From the NCBI RefSeq assembly GCF_002571385.2, contig NW_019218178.1, positions 212,146 to 276,145 on the forward strand: a stretch of 64,000 nt of DNA. The letters run 5' to 3'. The number at the start of each line of letters is the position of its first letter. The stretch's first letter is position 1. Of this stretch, positions 22,201 to 33,474 are shown piece by piece. The notes beneath the pieces are model-generated. The model was not told the origin of the DNA. It saw only the letters and a list, made by a program, of their open reading frames with translations, and ran no database searches. A program made the translations under genes and the position numbers. This DNA is from Stylophora pistillata. Lineage: Eukaryota.

Positions 22201-23244
22201 TATGATTATAAAAGCTGACGTTTCGAGCGTTAGCCCTTCGTCGGAGCGAATAGAGGAATTGTGGGTTGTGTGTGCTTTTAAAGACAGAAAATGGAGCTTC
22301 ATTATTGGTGGAGCTATTACTTAGCTCCATTTACTGCCTTCAAAAGCACACATAACCCACAATTCCTCTATTTGCTCCGACGAAGGGTTAACGCTCAAAA
22401 TGTCAGCTTTTATAATCGTAATGGTGGCCAATTTACCATTTCAACTTTGTTGATATATTCAAATTATTTAACTAATAGATGCAGAGTAACAGTAGATTGG
22501 TGGAAGTTTACAACACAAGGACCTACTATACTCTCATGGTTTGATCATTACCAGCCTGTTCACAGACTATCTTATTTTCCTCTTCCAATAATGTATCAAG
22601 TGTGGGAAAATTCAAAGAATGCAGATCTAAGTGGGTAGAGAGTAGTTACAACTCTGCACCATAAGCCTATAAAAAATGAAAGATTAATGTGATGAAAGTA
22701 GTGCTGGAGGGTGGTGCAATGCTATGCTTATCCTCTTAAGGAAAGAAAAGAAAAAGTGGGTTTGGACAGGCTAGAGCAGTAATTAAGCGATAGAACACCT
22801 TTTCCAGGCTCCATAACATGATCAAGGCTCGTGGGATATTGAGATTACAGGTAGCCTTCAGCTCATGATTATAAGCTTTCTGAAAGTTCCCTTAACATCA
22901 CAAGTGACACTGTCATGTTATAAGGCCCAGAAAAATGCGTTCTATTGCTTTTATGACATAATCAGTTACAGACAGGCTCTATAATCTGAAAAATACATCT
23001 GCTTGGAAACTGAACTGACCAAGCAGATGACACATACTATGTTCATTTTGTCATTTAGAAGCTGAAACTGTTTTCACACTTAAATCATTGAATGACTGTT
23101 TAAGCTCAATCAATCTTTCATTAAATGTGGCAGGTTCAGACTTTGGTAGAGATGGGTTTCTCCAGAATGGCAGTCCTCCATGCTCTGACAGCAAGTAACA
23201 ATGACATCACCGTGGCCACAAATATTTTATTGTCGCAGTCTTAG
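16262..23244 (+). CDS. UBAC2: Ubiquitin-associated domain-containing protein 2 (rhomboid-like pseudoprotease with C-terminal UBA), ~362 aa
   Basis: Exons 16262-16292, 16421-16551, 17544-17663, 18128-18231, 18811-18931, 19744-19791, 20625-20855, 21054-21245, 23134-23244 total 1089 nt in one open frame. Recognisable UBAC2 motifs: MFPGASSTGFYHAPFSK, LYSFRIFERRFGSKRYASY, MGATLEIQRAQQVE and UBA EVSEQQVQTLVEMGFSRMAVLHALTASNNDITVATNILL. Confidence 0.95.
18232..18810 (+). other. Candidate U12-type (minor spliceosome) GT-AG intron, UBAC2 intron 4
   Basis: Donor GTATCTTTT (consensus RTATCCTTT). TTTTCCTTAC lies ~21 nt before the AG (consensus TTCCTTRAY). There is no polypyrimidine tract next to the AG. 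Confidence 0.6.
18977..19192 (+). mobile_element. 5'-truncated tRNA-derived SINE body with (AAATT)n tail
   Basis: Shares CTAGTCTTCTCGGATA(A/G)GGACGAATAAA...CTCCTGCAGGGTTAGG...GAGATTACTGTGTG with the reverse copy at 21478-21755 and ends in TAATAAATTAAATTAAATTAAATTAA. Confidence 0.75.
19533..19709. mobile_element. Small MITE (hAT-like CAGGG terminus)
   Basis: CAGGGCCCAACACTAA ... TTAGTGTTGAACCC with internal ACTAGCCA/TGGCTAG repeats. Confidence 0.5.
19848..20003. mobile_element. Palindromic MITE
   Basis: TTATTAACCAAGC..GGGCCGTACTGGGAGAATATCGG pairs with CCGATGTTCTTCCAGTACGGTCCC..GCTTGGTTAATAA. Confidence 0.7.
21478..21755 (-). mobile_element. tRNA-derived SINE with Pol III A and B boxes
   Basis: The minus strand begins ACCAGTTAGCTCAATGGATAGAGCACTGGACTGTTGTGTGGGAGGTTAAGGGTTCGAGCCCCGGCC (A box TAGCTCAATGG, B box GGTTCGAGCCC) and continues into the body shared with 18977-19192. 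Confidence 0.8.
22091..22469. mobile_element. Head-to-head inverted pair of Penelope-like pLTR units in UBAC2 intron 8
   Basis: Arms 22152-22298 and 22323-22469 are inverted copies (147 bp each, 24-bp spacer). TTAACTAATA occurs on both sides (22081-22090, 22468-22477). The left flank is SINE-like (GGGTTCTTTAACGTCCCCTG). Confidence 0.75.
22214..22247 (-). ncRNA. Minimal hammerhead ribozyme motif, identical to 14881-14914
   Basis: The reverse complement reads GCTCCGACGAAGGGCTAACGCTCGAAACGTCAGC. The partner on + at 22374-22407 has GAAA changed to AAAA and is likely dead. Confidence 0.7.
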
Positions 23245-23837
23245 CCTCGAGTATTATTAGTACCGGTAGTGGTTAATTACAACATCTGGTCCGTTGTAGC
23301 AACTACCTGTCAGGATTTCTGTAAATACAGTGTAAAATGCAAGATCAAAATATTACAGATGTAAAGTTCTGATTTTGAGAGACTTAATAAGCAAGTCGGA
23401 GTAACATTTTTATGTTACATGCCTTCTAATGTTTATGGTAGGATAGTTTTAACAGTGGAGGCCATTGGAAGTTTTATTAATGTGCCATGGTACTATGAAA
23501 CTACATGTACAGTGAGGTGGCTGAAAAAAAGGAAGTAATAAAATTGTTTTAAATTATGATGAATGCACTTCAGTGTCAAGCTCGAAGCCAAATTAAGCTC
23601 ATCAAACCAAAGTTTCAAACCTTTAATCAGTCAACTCATGTCCTTTTTTAATACCAAGGTTCTTTCAAGCTAAGGATAAGCATCCAGAGAAATTCTGCAA
23701 ACTAACTGATGTCTGATACTCAAAGAATTGCCTCTCTTTAGCAAGAGTATGCAAGAATTTTTATCAGCGGAAATGTCTGTTCTGAAAAGATAACTTTTCC
23801 GAGAGTAGAGTTTATGAAAACTAAGAGTTTTGACCTC

Positions 23838-23995
23838 CAGCTGAAAGTAGTCCTGCAAAGGATGGTTCTTGGTTGTAGCAACTGGCAATGCCACAACCCT
23901 GGTGGGGGATGTTACCCGGTTAATAGGACATCAGGTACAACTACCAACAAAAAACTCCTTCTGAGGACGACCCTCAACTGTGCAATCAGACTACA
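23838..23995. mobile_element. Old inverted-repeat fragment, possibly another Penelope-like family
   Basis: GTAGTCCTGCAAAGGATGGTTCTTGGTTGTAG imperfectly pairs with CTACCAACAAAAAACTCCTTCTGAGGACGAC. Confidence 0.35.
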
Positions 23996-26555
23996 AGTTC
24001 AAAGATTAAAAGATACAGAACCACAATTGATCTTTACAAATCTAGAAAGACATGGAATCCATATTGTAGAGCAACCAATTGATTTAACTGAAAAAAGAAC
24101 CTATGACTTGTAAACTGAGTTGTTAACAAGAATTAGTTTAATCTACACTTCACTAATCTCCAAAAGTTTCCATTGTTACCTAACAAGTCATTTAGCTGGA
24201 ATTTGATTAGCTATCTGTCCAGGAATGACACGTGAACTAACTGCTACGTTTTCAAAATCACTATTTATACAACTGATTAAACAATACTTCATGGTAAAAG
24301 ATAACTAATTTTCTCAGCCAAAGTTTTTGAATAAATACAAAGAACATGCATAAATTAAAGCAAATTTAAAGATTGAAAAATTGTTTGCCCTCTCTCAAAT
24401 GTTCTTTGGTACTATACATTGTACATAGCATTTGGCTTGTAAACCTACATTCCTTCAAATAAACCATGTACTGGATATATGTAGGTTGGTAAAAAACTTA
24501 CACTTTATGCATGAGACCCAATTATCCACAGGAAGAGTTGCACAATATAGTGTGACAATATTCACAGAACCTCAAGAAACCGAGAAATGTTTTGGTAGAG
24601 TTAATTGCAAAAATAATCGAGTAATAGTATGCATAGAAGTCAGCTAATTCCTTGTACAGTTAAAATTTAATGAAGATAGTAATTATTGAATATATCACTG
24701 TCAAATAATCAAATGATTGTGAAAGCAATTTGGAATGAATGTGCAATTGCTCTTTTCTGTCATGGAAAAAAACCACTACTGCATATACATTGGAAATTGC
24801 CAACAAAATCATTTGATTAGCAGTAACTATCACTAGCATTTACTTGTTTCATTTACTTCTTAAACCTCTCTAACTCCCCAAGATCCGATGGTGAATTCTC
24901 CCCTCAAGCTACCAAACATTTCCTTGTAAATTAGTTACAAAAATTTAGTGTCAGATTGAGTTTAAAACTTCTACCTGATAAGTAGTTTGGGTACTCTCTT
25001 AACTTGTCTACTGGATAACGTATGAATATTACAGAGAGAAGTTACATGTTAATCACCTCTTGGAGTCTCAAGAGTTAAATACACCAGAAAGTATTTGGTG
25101 ACCATTGTGAATTAAAATTCTTCAGTCTGTATTGTGTAATCACCTCGCCCAAGAAGATAGTGCTACGTAACCCTCGGCCTAAAAAGAGTATGGAAAACTA
25201 CCATTACCAGACCAAAACTATCAATTTATTACTAAAAAAAAGAGTATACAATGGTCTAGTGGTATTCCTAATCTATGTCTTCAGAGTACAAAAAGATTGT
25301 TTAATATAAAACTAAAGTCCCCTCACCTTTTGCATTTTTAACACACACTTCACTTAAAATTTACAGTACTTGCTAAAGACACATTCCAGCAATCTTATCC
25401 CCTAAACTTTTCGCTACTGTACCTATTTCATTTTCTAACTTTCTTTCCAATTCCAGAGTTGCCTTTCAACCTACTGGGACCTTAAGTGACCTTCTTAAAA
25501 TGCAATTAAAAAAAATCAGTTCTGATCTTGAGCCTTGCTCTATTCACATAGCAATGAGCTCCGTGTATATGTACAACTTGATCAAACTAATGCCCTCTCA
25601 TAACACTAGTTTGAAATATCTTAATTCTATCTTAATTGCATCTTAATTGAAGGCCACATCTAAATTTCACTAAGAATTTAAGAAACCTCAATTCACTTAA
25701 ATTAGTCTTTGTCCACTAATTTTTCAGCATCCTCTGACACTACCGCCATAATCAGCTTTCTCTATACCCACGGACATAGAAATTTCCGAGCCTCACTGAA
25801 TTTGTTTGCCAAGTTAGTCTACACTTTAACAAGCTGGCCCTTTTGACCTCTCATGATCTCATTTTAGTAATTCTCCTTGCTTTCTAACATACAATTCTTA
25901 TCAGTGTTAGTTCAGAGAATTTGGTATTTGATCAACTAATAATCCTCTAATTGATACTTTTCTTTAATCTCATAACTAGTCTGACCATTATTGTAAAGAG
26001 AAATTCACCGTGGGAATTTAAGGCTCAACTTGCTTTTTCTCAAAATTCAGGCATGTCAAAACCCGATTTACTGTAACTAAATATTAAATATTTTGAATAC
26101 TTGCTGTATCTTCGGTCAAAGAGTCCTAAAATGACGTTAACTCAGATGTTCATTGACATGTTTCAACATTGTCTCACCAAAATGTTCAGCCTGTTGGCAG
26201 ACGTTTGATAGCCCCCTGTTGACATCAATGAGCTTTGACTACAAATTGTGCCAACATGTATGAAATCTTCAAGGTAATTTCGACCCTCATCATTAATTCT
26301 CTTGTGGATTGCCTGCTGCATAATGTCAGGGTATACACAATACTCTTCAAATTTTTGTGGATTAATTTGTAATTTGTACAATTTTTTTTTGCAGACTAAA
26401 CACTTCACTTCAATACAGGAAATGTCTGCTTAGTAATAGCAATTTCACAATAGAAATTTCCTCTGCAGAGTCTCAAAGACATCAATTATTCATCAACCAA
26501 GTAAAATCATGCTTCTTGCCTGGTTCTAAACTTTGTGAAATTTTCAGATACTATA

Positions 26556-28734
26556 CTATGATCCATCCTCAAAGGGCTTCACCAAAAACATCTTGTTACC
26601 AGCGTCATCTGTAAAAATGGGATTTCTCTTGTAATGTTCTATTAAGTCTTCCACTCTGTCAAAGCTTCGTGGACCAATTTTATATTTTCCATCTGCAAAA
26701 TTTACCCTAAAATGCTTGATTTTGTCTGGAGCTTTCATGGACACTGAATATCCTCCCTCCTGGCAAGACAAAAAAAAAAAGAAGACAATTAGTCTATAGA
26801 TTCACAAAATCTTCTTAAGTATCATGTTCATCTTAAGGATAAGATGCAATTATACTTTAGAAAGCATCCTTGAGATAAAAGCAAAGGTTTAACCACACAC
26901 ACAGATTATAAAACTGCTGAGAAAAATAAACTTGAAAAAAAGACTTTGCCTCCTTCTCCAGCCCATTCATATTTGCACTTGCCCATTTATTTGAACCAGT
27001 TATCTCTTATCGTGGATGTAGTTCTACAAAGTGACACAAGAGTAGTCAAGAGTAGATCCCAAAGCTCATAATAACCCTCGACACCCTAACATCAGTATGC
27101 ATGTTCCCCAGACATTCCCTGAGGTGCAAACAATGAGAATTTCTTTGACAATCAAGAGCTTCAGTGGATCATTTCCTTTTTTCTTATGACCTTCATGTGT
27201 GATTCAGGAGTAAATTTGTCCAGAGGAATAAGATGCTTGTCACTCTCAAGCACCAAATGGTTTACTCTGCTATCTAAACTAAAAAGCTAAATGAAGCTTC
27301 AGTTGAGAGAAAACAGAGACCTTTAACAGTAAATTAGACAATCTACCTTTAGTGAGAGGCAAACGGCCTCAGATCCTGCACAGCCCTACCATTGTTTTTT
27401 CAAAAAGACCTGGTGGTCTCAGAATCAGAGATTGCCCTGCAAGTTTCTATGCTAATCCTCTAAACCTTAACAGGGTCTGGGTTAAGGTCTAACAGGTCTA
27501 GCAGCACCCGCTGGCCCCTGGCGCCTTGTTTCTGCTCTTAGATAACTCAGGAATCTTAGTTTTTTCGTACAAAGCATACAGTGTATGCTGGGTAGCCCTG
27601 GATTTCACAGTTTCAGAGCACTAGGCTCCCTTCAATTTTTCTTAAAGCACAGCCTTGCTCAACATCAGTTTACAAATTCTCCATAATGTTCACTACACAC
27701 TTCCTATAGTGCTGATTAGGAGACTTTTTTTAACAACCAAAAGTTTCTTCTGCTGCTGATCACTTACTTTGTTCTCCTACATTAACCTGTTTGACCCCAC
27801 AGCAATGCTGTTGGGAGAAATTTCAAGCTAGTAAAAGCATAACAAGGTTCTTCCTTACCTGAGTTTCACTAACCCTTACTAGAAAATCTCCATCAGCTGC
27901 ATTTTTATTCAACATCTTTTCAGCCTGAACCCTTGTGATTTTACCCCAAAACCATGCCTCGTCAACAAATGGAAGTTTCTTATGCTGAGGTAAAATAGCT
28001 TTTCCCGGTCCCTTGTTGTCAGCTGCTGGCTCTACATTCTGCATTGGCATTTTGCCATCATTGTCTACATTTACAATATAATTGCTGGGGACCAGTCCCG
28101 AAGAACCATCTGATTTTCTCGCAACCCACCATTCAGGGTCATCTTCGGGTTTCTCAATTATATCCAGAATTTCATCCTTTTTAAAACTAAGCTCTTCGGG
28201 ATTTTTCGGATCAAAGTTGTACAGTGTCTTCACTTTGTGAAGTACCGGTTTATCTGGGACAGATTTAGTCACTTTTGAGTTCTCTTCTGCATGTACATAA
28301 TTGGAAGGAAACCAGCCTGATTCTTTTCCAATTTTCCCCTTCCACCAACCATCTTCTTTCTTTTCAAGAACAGTTATTCTGTCACCCTTCTTCAATACAA
28401 GTTCATCATCATGTTGCGGCTGGAAATTAAATTTAGCAATCACAGTTTCGAAAGCATTTAGAACATCCTGTGGAACAAAGTATTCCCCTGGTGAAGTCAT
28501 GGCTCCATTTTCCTTTGATGATTTTCCAGGTCCTAGACTTTTTAACCAGTTTTTGGGTTTGCTCTTTTTTACATAGTTGGAAGGGACATAACCAGTTTCC
28601 CGCTTTGAATTTTCCACATGCCACCAAGATTTGCTATCATCAAGAATGACCAGTTTCTCATCCTTTTTTATGGAGAGCTCTTCATTCTGTGTAGCTTTGT
28701 AGTCATAAAGAGCGATAGCATTAGTGTATGACAT
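26556..28734 (-). CDS. NCK: Cytoplasmic adaptor NCK/Dock (SH3-SH3-SH3-SH2), ~359 aa
   Basis: Coding exon 28734-27859 (ATG directly after acceptor ttttacag; donor CAG/gtaagg) plus exon 26759-26556 (TAG). Three SH3 domains ([17 protein letters not shown]; [21 protein letters not shown]; [20 protein letters not shown]) and an SH2 domain ([17 protein letters not shown]|..[17 protein letters not shown]). Confidence 0.95.
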
Positions 28735-31523
28735 CTGTAAAAAGAGGGAAATTACAGTTATTATCACAGGCCATAATGGAGAGTTTACTGCAGGGCATAA
28801 AATTAACTTTCTTTTTCTGGTAGCCACTTGGCTCCTAAATATTTTAAAGTGATAGCCAATTCCAAAAGGTTGGTGGCCGTTATGACACACACACGCACAA
28901 AAATTTATTTACCCTGTCACTGTACTAAATAGATTTTCATATCATAGTAATACAGTCATATAAACATCAAAAATGAGCCTGCTAAATTTGCACAAGCTAC
29001 AAAGAGGACACTACAATGGATCATATACAACTTTATAGGTTACCTAAATCCAAGATGGCGTCTAGTGACTATAGATTTACGTTCGACATCGTGCATGTGC
29101 TGCATTTTGGAAACGAGCTTAACGAGGAACTTTGCCGCAAATTTATCCTTACAAATCTTCAACAATCACTAGATCTCTAGGTAAGGTGTGATTAGAAATT
29201 CTAGTCGCCAATTTGGCGACTAATTTTCAGGATTTGGTCGCCAAAGTGAAAAACTTAGTCGCATTGGCGCCTGTATTAGGTGCAATTTTACACCCTGTAG
29301 TGGACTAATTAACAAATCAAGATTGATTTAGCATTGTCTGTACTCTTATTGACTACTATATTCACCCTCACAGTGGTCAAAATAATGTGGACTCGTGAGG
29401 TGCAGCCCGTTGACACGAGCAGTGCTGTCTGTACTCTCATCAACAATTGCAAATTTGGCCAATCAGATTGGGACATTGCTGCCAATTATGGTAAAAAATT
29501 TATTTTAGAATAATGAAATTAAACCAGTGAGAAGCGAAAATCAACCAAATGTACAATATAAGCGGCTGGTAAATAAACAAGTTTTACGTATGATGCACAA
29601 TCCTCGCAGTAGATAGCGCTATTTATGCAATACGTATCTAATACCGCAGTTCAAAATATATGAACTTCATATATTTATTCTATCTCAAAAAAGTTTTAAA
29701 TACGCTCTGACTTCCCTATCATGTCTTTTGTAATTTTTGCAAAACTCAAATAGCAAAATTTCATATTCTAGCCAGCTTTGCTCAATGGTGTAATTTCATT
29801 TAAGGAAAATAGAAGCCATTCAACTGGTAAATGATGGTGTTAACCCTAAAAACCCAGATTGTTTTGCTATTGATTTTTTTCAGTTTTAATTCTCTCAATC
29901 CCCACCAAAGTAACAGTAATACAGTTTACTTTCTTGGGCATAAATATGTTTCAGGCACCTCAGAGTAATTTTAACCCTCACCTGGTATCTCAGGCTAAAA
30001 ATGGATAACTCAAAGTCAACCCCAAAACATCTTTGTGCCTGCCAACATAACCTGTATTGTTTTATTATATCCAAATAATCAATCAACAAATCTATGGAGG
30101 TTTTTCGTTTATTTTAGATTACCAAAAACTTCAGCCATCCTGGCAAACATCATCGAGTTTACATTTGTATTGCTGTTCAATTTTCAACCTGATTAAAAAT
30201 TCATTCACACATCAGATTCATTTTTACATATTTTCCTCTTTTTTCTGAAGACATCCAAGAATTTAAGGCAAGGTAAGATCACACTGGTTTTAAAGAACTT
30301 TAACTCAATGTAAAAAAAAAAAAAAAAAACTTTGAACCACAACAGGCACAGTTTATCACTATTATCAGAGTAACACTTGAGATTGTCCTTGAAGAAATTT
30401 TGGAGAAGATCTATGTGAGCATGTGTTATACCTAAATTTACGGTATTATTGAAACTCTTCAACAGCTGAAACAACATTCTGTCCTTCAAGGGAAATTGAA
30501 AATCACAGCTATTTCACAACAAATCCCAAACAATCACCAGGACGAGAAAGATTGATAAAATAGTGTGAATCATGTACGGTATAAAAGATTTAAAAACAGG
30601 CAATGTAATAACTTAACATCTGAACCTTGTACCGACTGAATATCGAACCAATTACTCGCAACACTTTTTGATACAGTCCTACTCCACGCGTACTTTTTTT
30701 CTGCTTTTATTTGTATGAAGTCACATGCTAGACTTGCTTACCACACGAAAGTGAAACAACAATTAATGACCGCTACTGCTAACTTTCATTTGACTGAAAT
30801 TGCTTTCATTATTAGAAATAAAAAGATTCTGAAAGAAAAATTCGCTCCTTTCCATAATATTCTTGCGCAATTAATAATTCTTATCGTAACTAATTTGTTT
30901 TGCAAGAGAAAATCTGCTTAGTTAAAAAACGGTACCACTGATGTTTATCAAGAACAAGGTGAGATAATGCGAGAAGAACTAAATATTTAACTTCAAAGTG
31001 GTCATCTAAAATTGTGTAGCGAATTTTTCAATCAACCGGAAAATTTCTATTTGGTGTATATTTTTATATTTAGTTGAGATACTTCTTATGATTTCTGAAA
31101 AGTAAATACAGTTCCTCATCTAAGATGCTTATCTCGAATGGTAGACCTCAAACAGAATCAGCGGCGTAGAGAAGATCGTGCCCTTACGAACGAAAGAGAA
31201 TGCTCAGTAAAGGGAATTTAATATCAATTCCACAGGCGGTATATAACTCACGAAATTTGCCTCTCGCCAAGTTGGAACTCACTTTCGAAAAGCAAACAGC
31301 CTAACCAATAAAAATCTACATAGGCGGTCACAGATTAATTACATTTGTATTTTCCATGGATTAGAGAACAGACAAACAATATACAAACCGTACACACGGA
31401 CCTCGTTCGTAATTTTTTCTTTCCCTTGTGTGAGTATTGCTGCTTACAGTAAAAATATGCCTAAAGATGACTTTGTCTACCATCAATTTCCTCTAGAATG
31501 GCTCCTTCGAAGTCAAAACTAAC

Positions 31524-31680
31524 CTTTTGATTACAGCAACTCCGTGAAAATCCTTTAGTTGTTCAGAGGGCCTATTCACTTTCCTTGAAGAGAGGTCCAA
31601 ACAGTTTTCGGATTACCGCCGACGGTGTCAACATGGCGGAATACACCACAACTTTACACCCTTGTCACGTGATAGTCAAA
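31524..31680 (-). promoter_or_regulatory. Probable NCK promoter and non-coding first exon
   Basis: The NCK ATG exon starts at a splice acceptor, so an upstream exon is required. A minus-strand donor AAAG/gttagt sits at 31523, with a YY1-type AACATGGCGG (31630-31639) and an E-box GTCACGTGA (31664-31672) in a CpG-richer patch. Confidence 0.45.
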
Positions 31681-31972
31681 CCCAGTACTCCTGCTGCACG
31701 ACTCATTCCGTTCTTCCCAAAAGCAGTATTAACTGGAAACTAGTCTATCAGNNNNNNNNNNNNNNNNNNNNNNNNNNNNNNNNNNNNNNNNNNNNNNNNN
31801 NNNNNNNNNNNNNNNNNNNNNNNNNNNNNNNNNNNNNNNNNNNNNNNNNNNNNNNNNNNNNNNNNNNNNNNNNNNNNNNNNNNNNNNNATAGTTCTTAAA
31901 AACGTATTACACATAAGTCTCAATGCTTTTACATAAGATTTAAAGTAATTGCAAAATAAGATAAAATTTAAA

Positions 31973-32130
31973 CTATAAATTAAAAGCGATTTTTAAAAGG
32001 TGAGTCTTGAGCCTGGTTTTAAAATATCTTATGAAATCAGAAATTTTGTTCCAAAGCATGGGGGATGGACGCGCAAAGGATCTGTCGCTATAGGTAGAGG
32101 TTCTAAATCTTGGGGCAGACAAGTGATGGA
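31973..32130 (-). mobile_element. L2/CR1-clade LINE 3' fragment
   Basis: Translates as PRFRTSTYSDRSFARPSPMLWNKIS..IR..FKTRLKTHLLKIAF*, the RT C-terminal motif. Confidence 0.75.
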
Positions 32131-32144
32131 CCTTGAGGAAAGGN

Positions 32145-32319
32145 ATCGTTCGAACGTTTGGCCTCACTATCATGGGGATTACCTTGAACGCGGAATCGGC
32201 TGTTCCTTATATCACATTCGCCTTCGTGGTCTGGCGAAACGTATACCTTTGTTTCAACAATTTACAAAATACGTACAAGGAAATCAAAATTATGATTTGG
32301 GAAGAATGGAAAGAGCAGA
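32145..32319 (+). pseudogene. 175-bp fragment of the membrane-protein gene family, running directly into a microsatellite
   Basis: Aligns to 40893-41067 with 3 differences in the first 25 nt and identity thereafter. It starts right after an N. Confidence 0.8.
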
Positions 32320-32585
32320 GCGAAGGAACGAAGGAACGAAGGAACGAAGGAACGAAGGAACGAAGGAACGAAGGAACGAAGGAGCGAAGGGACGAAGGAA
32401 CGAAGGAACCAAGGAACGAATGGAACGAAGGAACGAAGGAACGAAGGAACGAAGGAATGAAGCAACGAAGGAAAGAAGCAACGAAGGAACGAATAGAAGG
32501 AAGGAACGAAGGAACGAAGGAACGAAGGAACGAATGGAACGAAGGAACGAAGGAACGAAGGAACGAAGTAACGAAGGAGCGAATG
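32320..32585. repeat. 8-bp tandem repeat (GAAGGAAC)n
   Basis: About 30 units. It explains the ERRNEGTK-type spurious ORFs. Confidence 0.95.
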
Positions 32586-33070
32586 ACATAATTTACCCTT
32601 ACGGCTACGACCATGAAATGCTTTGAGACCATTCGACATTCGATAAACTGAAGAAGGGTAGCACCGTACAGTCGATACGTCGTGACCCACATCACTAAAT
32701 TGTGTAACAAATGATGAGAACTTTATTATCATTGTATTCCACTGTAATAAATAATCCAAATCTTTTGATACCAAAAAATCAAGATCCATGAACGATGAAA
32801 CCCAACAGTTCTATTGGAAATACTTGCGCAGTTACGTAACAAAAATGTTATGTTTTTATATCATCACTCATGGCAAACCTTTGTTTATGAGAATCTTTTT
32901 TCCTTCAGGATAGCGCGGATAGCCTCCATCACTAACCGAGCTAATTGTGGTTATCATGAACAAAAAAATGTGTACTTATCGTCCTTTGCCAACACTTTTT
33001 TGGTGTCAACGTTTTTGCAACCGTGTGTAACTGCTAACTTTTATGCTTGAACTACCGTACGTGCTCTGTA

Positions 33071-33224
33071 TTTAATTGTGTTTCTCTAAAAATAGAAACG
33101 TTAAAGGATACTAGACCATATTAACTTCGTCATACTTCCGCTTTAAAAAGAAAGCGGAAGTATGACGAAGTTGATATGGTCTAGTATCCTTTAACGTTTC
33201 CATTTTTAGAGAGACACAATTAAA
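33071..33224. repeat. Near-perfect 154-bp hairpin (74-bp arms, 6-nt loop)
   Basis: 33071-33144 is the reverse complement of 33151-33224 with 3 mismatches. The loop is AAAAAG. Confidence 0.9.
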
Positions 33225-33474
33225 AGTATCTTAAGCAACCAGCCTAAACGGTCGATCAAGCATGCCGAATTTTGGAAATATGCGGAGGTCCATAAGCATG
33301 CATTGCAAATTAACGAAAGGAAATTGAAACATTTCCTTGAAACGAAGGAAGTCTAAACATTTCTTCTCCCTCTAAAAATCCCCGCCAAACCCAACTGACG
33401 CAGGCAGTTAGTTATTGTATAAATGGACATTCTACGCCAGTTTCTCATGCGAAGCATGCAAGCAGACAACACAC

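Noticed and set aside
27823-28890. 355-aa single-exon NCK as given by the ORF track
   Set aside because: The first 52 and last ~11 residues are intronic read-through. The splice sites are at 28735 and 27858, and SH2 is completed by 26759-26556.
32000-32789. ERRNEGTK / SFLRSFVP repeat proteins (also 37205-37991)
   Set aside because: They are translations of 8-bp microsatellites, open in several frames on both strands.
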